The notes under the pieces were generated by a model. The model ran no database searches. It was not told where the DNA came from and saw only the letters and a program-made list of their open reading frames with translations. Positions 25,801 to 32,000 of a stretch of DNA of 32,000 bases are shown in pieces. Location: assembly GCA_041662745.1 (NCBI GenBank), contig JBAZRV010000004.1, forward strand, positions 1 through 32,000, given 5' to 3'. The stretch comes from Patescibacteria group bacterium. Its GTDB lineage: Bacteria; Patescibacteriota; Patescibacteriia; 2-01-FULL-39-33. Positions within the stretch are counted from its first letter, which is position 1; each line of letters begins with the position of its first letter. A program made the translations under genes and the position numbers.

Positions 25801-28800
25801 TAACCGGAACAAAACTCAATAGCTGTCCGTAACCGGCGACAGCCACCGCCCCCCAACCGCCCCAAGAATCTTCATCAGCCAAGTTAAGCGAATTGGGAGC
25901 AAAAACTATGTCCAGCAAATTGCCCAGACTGCCGAAAATAGAATTGAAAAATTGACTAATGCCTGACCAAGTATTGGTCCAGAAACTGGAAGTTTGTCCT
26001 TCACAATCTTCAGTTGAACCCCTGCAACCTCCATAAAGGTCATTCAAAGATTGATTTTGCTGAGAAATCGTTTGCGCCACTCCGACTGCTCCGGCTGAAG
26101 CGCCGCTGTCAACAAACACTTTGGCGCATTTATTGGTGCCGGGATTAGAGCAGTGGACTGAGTCTTCACAATTCGCGATACCGCCGGTACAAGAACACGG
26201 CTCAGCCGTTGTCTCGCAAAAATAAGTATAATCGCTGATCGGCTTGGCGTACTTTTCGGCTAAGTCTGCAGTAATACAATTATTATTGGAAGAGAAAGCT
26301 TCTGTGGAGTTAACGCAATTGGCAGTATTAACGACGCTCTGACAAGTGCTATTGGCATTGTCTTCCGGATTATCGCACGAGCAAGGCTTTAATCCTCCGC
26401 CAGATGAGTCATTAAGCGTGGCTAAAACGGAATATTCGCAAACCCTGCCACTGGGATTGCTTTGCACCCAGGATTGCACTTCCTCTTGAGCCGGAGTGGT
26501 CACGGAGCTTGTGTCCGAAACGGTAATTAACCCGTTGCCGGCCGGAACATAACAAATAGGCAAAGGAATGATGCCTAACGGTTTGGCGCAAACTAAATTC
26601 TTCCACATGCCGACTGACAGGGCTCCGCCAAACAGGGTGTGACTGGCCGTATCGCCGATAGCGATAAAAATGCCGTCAAATTGGAATTTATAAATAAACG
26701 GATAACGGAAGAGCGGCGACCAAGTCGGACTGATTCTAAACGAGGTAGCTTTGGTTTGTTTGGCATTAGTGTCAAATTTCAACGCCTCCATGCCGGAATC
26801 ATTCACGCCTTCGCCGAACAAGCCGAAATTACTCGTGTATTGCGACACGTCAAGAACCATAGTTCTCTTTTCCAAGCAATAATACAAAGGATAGCGCTCG
26901 CTGTAATAACCGGAAAAATCGCTTAAAGTCTCACCGCGAATGGAATCAACCGGCCACCATTGCAAACACTGCTGATTATTGGCCGGGTCCGGCGTCAAAC
27001 AATAGCCGTATTGGCCATAAAAATAATTATTACCGTCATTATACTTGCAAGCCGGAGCATTCAGGCTGGGATAAACGCGACAAGTGCGATCAACATAGCC
27101 ATTGGCGCTGGATTTAAGCAACGGCTTAAGATTGACGTTATCCCACAAGGTATAACCGCCGAGTTTGGAGTTATCTATGCCTTTGCTGCCGTCGGGATTC
27201 ATATTGAATAAGGCGAGTTGCACTCCGGAAACATTGTCTCCCGTACGGAAATGCACTATTACCTGCCTCCAGGGCAAGCCGGTAGGAATCTGCATTATCT
27301 CGCCTTTGACCCAGTCGCCTTCATAAACCCCGCCATCAACAATGGCTAAGCCGGGACGCGGCTGACTCTTGGAATTAAGAAAGCGCAAACGCAATTCCGC
27401 ATAAGGCAAGCGACCGCCGGAACCCGGACCTTGTAAATCCTTGGTATGAACCCAGGCGGACAAAAAATATTCCTGATTGGGCAGTATATCAACCGACTCG
27501 GAAATAACGCCCCAACCCGAATTAACTTTTAAATAACCTACGCCATCTTTGGCCTTGGCGCCGTCACGGCTGATATTGACATAGCTTGATTGCCAATTCC
27601 TGTAGACGATATCAGGATTGCCGCTGGCGCAATCAGAATTGCTGGCGCAATAATAAACGGCCAAACGCCAGCCCAACGGCTGAGTCGTAGCGCCGAAAGT
27701 CTCTTCAAAATTACCATTAACCACATTAGACGACTGGCCGACTTGCGTCATGGCATCAAAAGAATAATAGCCAACGCGTGAAAAACCGGATTTATTGGCA
27801 TCCAACGAGGGAGAATAGTCATCGTTGCTAACAGCATCATTAGTCAGATAATTATTGCAAATACCGTTATCGCCCAAAGAATTGCAAGCGCTGACCTCCA
27901 AGCAAGAATCCTGATCGCTGAAAAAATACGGAGCTAAAGTGGATGACTGCCCCTCTTCTTTCTTCTCAAAAGTAGAGCAAGTCAGCCAATTGGCGCAGGC
28001 GCGGTTGGGTTGCGATTTCAAAATAACATTAGCGTCTTTGGGTTTGCCTTCAGCGGTCGCGGCTGTCGGCGGAACCGAGCGGGATAAACCGTTAATGCCT
28101 TGCGGATAATTATTATCCCGAGTCAAACGGCTGGAAAAAGCCAACGAGGTGGTGGCGCTATTAATCAGATTGCTGTAATCAAGCTGACTGCGATCATTGA
28201 ATAAAACACAGCCTTTATGATAATCAACTTGACCGTTGCAATCGCCGCCGCTAACCTTGGAATTCAAAATATAAGAAACGCTGGCCAAGCCCACTTTATC
28301 CCTGACTAAATCTATCGGTGATCCGTCTTTGGTCTTGAAAGCCACGCGACAAGTCAATGATTTGGGGTTATCCACGGCTAAATAAAGATAATGGCCAAAA
28401 TTATCGGAGAGATTATTACTTACGTTTTGGACATCGCTGCAAATTATATCGCCGACTTGCAGATTGTCGGACAGGACATACAAAATATTTTTCTTAATAG
28501 ACACATCTGCGCAGACATCCTTGCCCTCACAGCGTTGCGGGATAAGATTGGACGCTAAATTTTCTAATGGATCAATATATTCGCTGCAACCGGATTGTTC
28601 GGCTGAACAGGACCCGACCCAGCCGCTGTAAGCCGGATCAGACGATTCTTGCAGAGTCACTGAGTTGATCGGGCCGAGCGGTTGCAATTTGTCCGTCGCC
28701 GCCTTATAGCTTAAGCCCAGCGTTTGCTGGTAAGTGGTAGGACAAGTCTCGGTGGTGCCGGATTTAACCCATTTATCCAAATTATTGGTATTATCAGCGG

Positions 28801-31800
28801 AAGTAAACTGGCAAACCTTGCCGTGCGGATCCTTGAAGTAAGCCAAGGTGTTATTCCCGACCCACTCTTCGCACCATAAATTTTCGGCTGAGCATAGATC
28901 AGTGGAATAACGATCCGGATCGTTTTTAATATAGATATCCCGATAACCGGTAATCTCATCCCATTTGTCTATCAAAGGCAAACCATAGCGAGTGCAACCC
29001 TTATCATTCTTGGCGCAGGCATATTTATCGTCATTGACCAAATAAACCAAGGTATCAGTTGCCACAAAAATATCATCATGATTAACGCTATTGGCGATAT
29101 TAAACGATTGCGCCTGAGGCGCGCTGGAATTAAAGGTATCAATCAAGGCCTCGCAACCGGCCGCTTCGGGGCGACACAAGGAAGCAAAGGATCTTAAGTA
29201 AGCTGTTTTATTCTTACGATCCGAGTAACCGGCGCAACCCAGCATTTCTCCGACGGAGCAACGTCCGGACTGGGTATCCTGGCAAACACCCTCAGCTTTG
29301 GCCTTGCTGCCGTCAGGATCATCCAATTTATTGTCGCAAGAAAGCGGAGTGAACCAAGAATTTTCTATGGCGTAAACTTGGTTAGTGATTTCCTTAAGAA
29401 TAACATTATCCAAATAAACGATCTGGCCGTTGGGCATGGAAAATTCCAAGTAATTGCCGTCGCCCGGTTCCCAGGTTACGAATAACGGCCCCAGTTCATA
29501 ACGCTTCCAGTCTGCCGTCAACTGCGTCCGCGGACTGATTAGATTTTCTCCGAATAAACGGCTGGCAGAAAAATAATTATTGCCGGCGGCGGCAGAGTTG
29601 TCATTCCAATTAACACCGCTCTTTTCGGCAAATCTGATATTGTCAAAATAATAAGAAGCATTGCCTTTAGCCCAGAATGACAGGGTATAGGCCTTGCCCT
29701 TGTTAATTGTTATCGGATAATGAATGGTGGAATTATCAACCTTATTAGATAAAGAATTACCGCCGGGGAAGGTTGACTCGGAAGAAATGAATAAGCCGTT
29801 TTTGCCGCCATTGGCATCCTCCCATAAATCCAAAGCGGTGCTGCTGGCGGTAAAATTAACCACGCTAATGGCATTTTTGACGTTATTACCCCGGTTGCCG
29901 GTGTAAGCGCGGCAGCCCTGAGCGGCGGCAGGACAAGTTTTTCCCTGTCCGGGGATAGCCATATAAATACATTCACTGCTATCATTCCACCAACCGCTAT
30001 GGCTTTCGCAATTGGCCTTGGCCTCGGTAAACGAGGTTTCGGTCATGGTGCGGCGATACGGGTGGCAATTATCGGAAACGGAAACAGTGCGGGATAATAA
30101 ACGATAATGAATATTGCCGTTTACATCATACAATTCGCGGCAATCCGGGTTGCTAACCATATCATCCTTGGTACAGACGCCAAAATCATAACGATCGCGA
30201 TCCGCACCGCGAGCGCTCGTTGGATCATTGCAAACGGCATTGCCCGAAGCGTTATAAGCCAAATTAACGCAAGGAGCGCTGCCATTGCCAACGCCGGCCG
30301 TTTCTGGGTCGCTGGCGATCTGTGATTTCTTTAAGCTGAACGCCACCAGCTGGTAACCGGTGATATCGGAACCCTCCCAAGTATAATAAGCGCCGTCATC
30401 AACCGATGGTTTCTGGCAGGCCTGGATTTGACTATAATATTCTTTCTGCTCCCCGCCCTGGCCGGCAACGTCAAGATTGGTGAATTCATCGCAACCGGCA
30501 TAACTGGCAGAACAAGTCTTGAGTTTGTTGTCGGCGATGAACTGCCTGAAAGCTTGATTGATAAAACTGGTCTCTTCTTGATTGTATAACTGATAGCCGG
30601 CGCATTCCTTAGGACAAGCATCAAAATCCTGCGCCACACCCGGTATTGACGGGTCACCATTAAGGGGGCGATATAATTCACAACCGACTTCTTGCGGCGT
30701 ACAAACACCGGAATACAGGGCGCAATTGGCATTCTTATTCTTTAAGACGCCAGTTAGCTCCTGTTGATTTTGGGGCCATTGCAAGCCGGCAAGATCCGGA
30801 TAAGCATCATAACAACTAAAGTAACTGGGGGCCTTCTTAAGGTAAGCCACTTGTTCAATCGGCCGGGTTGAAGGATTATAATCGCTATAATTACTGGGAT
30901 AAGTAGCATTAAAAGAAATCGCCTCAACCTTGGCATTATCAATAATCGCCTCCTGGCCGGCCGATCCGGTGGAGAACCACAATTCCAGTTTAGCGGCGTT
31001 ATCCGGCGCCTTAAATTTACAGAAAAACCGACTGGAAGTGGCAAAGGAAGTCGGAGTAAACTTCAAAGCCAATGTTTGCGGGACACTGCCATCCTTGTCT
31101 CTGGCCCAGTCGCAAGTCGCCGAAGAAGTGGCTACCTGCAAAACGGCTCCGGCCTTGGATTTGAATCTCAAAAAAGTCTCAATCGGAACTGCCTGGTCAA
31201 CGGAAGCTTGATAACCGTCAATAGCCAAAAAATAATATTGGCCGGGAGTAACTTGGATTGCCTTATTAACATTAGCGCTATCCAAACCACTTAAATAGCC
31301 GATCTTGGCTCTGGTGTTATCTGCCAAGGTCAGATTGCTCCAATCATATAAAGTGCCGTCAAAGCCGCCGTTAATGACAACATTACCGCCCAAATTTGAT
31401 TTAGTGCGGATGAATTGGCTGCAGCCGTCGCTTAAAGACGAGCAAGTCTGAGCATCACGATCAAAATACATTTCAGTTGCGCCCTCGCGCGAAGAAACAA
31501 GGACTGATACGGCGCCGACGCCGCAAGCAGTACTGATGGGATAAAATTCAAAATCATCAAGATATAAATCGGCGTAAACCCCGGCAGGATTGCGCGCCAC
31601 CAAAATCACCCGTTCATTGTCGCCGGAATTAAAATTCAAATTAGCTTCGCGCCAACCGGAGGAACCGCTGGTCAATTGCAAATTATTCAATAAGGAAGGC
31701 CATAATGAGCTGTCTTGATCAAAAGACGTAAAGTCTTTGCTATCGGCCCGCACTTCCACATTAACATTGCCGTTAATAGACCCTTTATAATAAAATCTAA

Positions 31801-31996
31801 CATTATAATTGGTGTTCTTCTCTACCGGTATAGCCGGCTCGTAACTGATCAGATCGGCCGGAGCATAAAGCGTCTTAATAAAAAGCGCGGCGGCGCCACT
31901 GTGTTTTTCGGTGGTAACGCGAAGATGGCGATTGTTGTTGTCAATAAACGCCAAAGTCCAAGAAGCGGCTTTCCAGCTTTCCTGGCTGTTAAGCAA
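22805..31996 (-). CDS. Giant Cys-rich surface/extracellular protein with carbohydrate-binding-like and PKD-like domains; partial at N-terminus (ORF open to window edge)
   Basis: >=3063 aa; repeated jelly-roll-like segments (e.g. NVKNAISVVNFTASSTALDLWEDANGG...), PKD-like VKVSFNSKIDPDQVPIRSYDIDWGDGN, repeated C-x5-GC-x2-Y/F motifs. The called start is TTG, 4 nt from the edge, with no upstream stop. Confidence 0.9.
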   Translation of the reverse strand: MLNSQESWKAASWTLAFIDNNNRHLRVTTEKHSGAAALFIKTLYAPADLISYEPAIPVEKNTNYNVRFYYKGSINGNVNVEVRADSKDFTSFDQDSSLWPSLLNNLQLTSGSSGWREANLNFNSGDNERVILVARNPAGVYADLYLDDFEFYPISTACGVGAVSVLVSSREGATEMYFDRDAQTCSSLSDGCSQFIRTKSNLGGNVVINGGFDGTLYDWSNLTLADNTRAKIGYLSGLDSANVNKAIQVTPGQYYFLAIDGYQASVDQAVPIETFLRFKSKAGAVLQVATSSATCDWARDKDGSVPQTLALKFTPTSFATSSRFFCKFKAPDNAAKLELWFSTGSAGQEAIIDNAKVEAISFNATYPSNYSDYNPSTRPIEQVAYLKKAPSYFSCYDAYPDLAGLQWPQNQQELTGVLKNKNANCALYSGVCTPQEVGCELYRPLNGDPSIPGVAQDFDACPKECAGYQLYNQEETSFINQAFRQFIADNKLKTCSASYAGCDEFTNLDVAGQGGEQKEYYSQIQACQKPSVDDGAYYTWEGSDITGYQLVAFSLKKSQIASDPETAGVGNGSAPCVNLAYNASGNAVCNDPTSARGADRDRYDFGVCTKDDMVSNPDCRELYDVNGNIHYRLLSRTVSVSDNCHPYRRTMTETSFTEAKANCESHSGWWNDSSECIYMAIPGQGKTCPAAAQGCRAYTGNRGNNVKNAISVVNFTASSTALDLWEDANGGKNGLFISSESTFPGGNSLSNKVDNSTIHYPITINKGKAYTLSFWAKGNASYYFDNIRFAEKSGVNWNDNSAAAGNNYFSASRLFGENLISPRTQLTADWKRYELGPLFVTWEPGDGNYLEFSMPNGQIVYLDNVILKEITNQVYAIENSWFTPLSCDNKLDDPDGSKAKAEGVCQDTQSGRCSVGEMLGCAGYSDRKNKTAYLRSFASLCRPEAAGCEALIDTFNSSAPQAQSFNIANSVNHDDIFVATDTLVYLVNDDKYACAKNDKGCTRYGLPLIDKWDEITGYRDIYIKNDPDRYSTDLCSAENLWCEEWVGNNTLAYFKDPHGKVCQFTSADNTNNLDKWVKSGTTETCPTTYQQTLGLSYKAATDKLQPLGPINSVTLQESSDPAYSGWVGSCSAEQSGCSEYIDPLENLASNLIPQRCEGKDVCADVSIKKNILYVLSDNLQVGDIICSDVQNVSNNLSDNFGHYLYLAVDNPKSLTCRVAFKTKDGSPIDLVRDKVGLASVSYILNSKVSGGDCNGQVDYHKGCVLFNDRSQLDYSNLINSATTSLAFSSRLTRDNNYPQGINGLSRSVPPTAATAEGKPKDANVILKSQPNRACANWLTCSTFEKKEEGQSSTLAPYFFSDQDSCLEVSACNSLGDNGICNNYLTNDAVSNDDYSPSLDANKSGFSRVGYYSFDAMTQVGQSSNVVNGNFEETFGATTQPLGWRLAVYYCASNSDCASGNPDIVYRNWQSSYVNISRDGAKAKDGVGYLKVNSGWGVISESVDILPNQEYFLSAWVHTKDLQGPGSGGRLPYAELRLRFLNSKSQPRPGLAIVDGGVYEGDWVKGEIMQIPTGLPWRQVIVHFRTGDNVSGVQLALFNMNPDGSKGIDNSKLGGYTLWDNVNLKPLLKSSANGYVDRTCRVYPSLNAPACKYNDGNNYFYGQYGYCLTPDPANNQQCLQWWPVDSIRGETLSDFSGYYSERYPLYYCLEKRTMVLDVSQYTSNFGLFGEGVNDSGMEALKFDTNAKQTKATSFRISPTWSPLFRYPFIYKFQFDGIFIAIGDTASHTLFGGALSVGMWKNLVCAKPLGIIPLPICYVPAGNGLITVSDTSSVTTPAQEEVQSWVQSNPSGRVCEYSVLATLNDSSGGGLKPCSCDNPEDNANSTCQSVVNTANCVNSTEAFSSNNNCITADLAEKYAKPISDYTYFCETTAEPCSCTGGIANCEDSVHCSNPGTNKCAKVFVDSGASAGAVGVAQTISQQNQSLNDLYGGCRGSTEDCEGQTSSFWTNTWSGISQFFNSIFGSLGNLLDIVFAPNSLNLADEDSWGGWGAVAVAGYGQLLSFVPVNIVLHVELPWHTAKKFDTSGGVLGNLAGMLIQAAGVDLGISTFGLRIITDEDSEFGKDLTDPNPAVTGDVLGFAKFLDFNKPAGMGDKMGGIAVVGNFAGKQVVEYCYKLVQVVNSGNENKAWASRLSSGSQYLDYLGKDCVKDSSISGDAIPSGVGIVTPSNAELFSDGCFYSSAYCLAESRRLYDADGALLGFYPLNLCQNFIGIDNGQGVNDPDDPTRKLYCAEGISLEGRQRTAYLNQANALNCEIAYNSRPIGESADNNYFQVHSFAKDTPSIAINDCRINYKYFCVNDRNFGAIGILRDKKLIYRRIYAAVGYNYATDYKPFGSTVAPENGQYPNEWDTRPDSGGNQPIFYEFPGGSAPPYQARAGQKSDNSLYYVDNFSVSKPDLLQLFGRSYSLWQWQADKSSDPLIGHYTDISGAISSNNSVWSLPTLYCPNNSRPANTYLSFCLVRPEFTLAQVNPTIVNSIGAVKVSFNSKIDPDQVPIRSYDIDWGDGNVSSYAGLSLASRPTSSNAFNLYHFYNYDSLANKNLRECETKVGILPLGDGTTETVEEYNDDLTKGACQEPVRSTSNPAAFHVPIKLTVRDNWASVNSITIKDLIVLRRDTYDAEQQDALAECKPASYSSALGQQCSSGNPCCSATCYWLPENEVNLNIDPTDSTQKTCCATYTGGWRRCREIGDGYCDIGEQAIDPNTDNYSPDDCGNVVADVAPIDYADGVCPETKSLDDDIDCPLGQGSLITLAHDSYDWKAFMAINTVGGGCGGAPGTGEEGEYNDERGESKGNFNFNADASTFAGYAVSSSIEYFLDLVYAPNDAESDKQLRYGDIFRLVPCFKDSYGSGSNSCPATSAVKPADAASIPVVSPIKLNIYKTQPTWLQQLFGADPSDWKAYLDACGADGDVYFKVCQNQSCDGPADKVGIGDRVVLRVVTNSAQAGSPIEASLYDVTLYAGGEDQSPTFLNTEEDASRPYKAAQVNVSPSLNFRLCNRYGNCGY

Positions 31997-32000
31997 CGCT

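Noticed and set aside
1-32000. CRISPR arrays
   Set aside because: No regularly spaced short direct repeats with unique spacers were seen; the repeats found are TR/VR or inverted repeats.

Overview
The window appears to come from a candidate-phyla-radiation-like (Patescibacteria) genome; this is inferred from protein style and gene order. It has two parts. (1) About 0.2-13.1 kb is a phage- or satellite-like accessory island lying between tRNA-Ser(UGA) and tRNA-Ser(GCU). It encodes a ParB-domain/DNA methyltransferase, a second methyltransferase, small and large terminase subunits, a diversity-generating retroelement (DGR) cassette, an XRE regulator with an unknown 378-aa protein, and a large serine recombinase whose 3' end runs into the tRNA gene. 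(2) About 13.2-32 kb is chromosomal: ComF, a VirB4/PrgI/VirB6-like (type IV secretion or pilus-like) cluster, and a giant Cys-rich surface protein truncated by the window edge. The main find is the DGR. A 117-bp template repeat (8834-8950) matches the 3' ends of two tandem target genes (VR1 7252-7368, VR2 8335-8451). VR2 differs from TR at 18 positions, all TR adenines. VR1 differs at 20 TR adenines plus one C->T. An Avd-like four-helix-bundle gene lies convergent to the TR, but no reverse transcriptase is encoded in the window. The TR sits in a promoter-hairpin-TR-terminator unit that looks like a dedicated ncRNA. A second unusual feature is a set of nested perfect inverted repeats (101, 87 and 29 bp) bracketing the regulator module and the recombinase gene, ending at the 3' end of tRNA-Ser(GCU).
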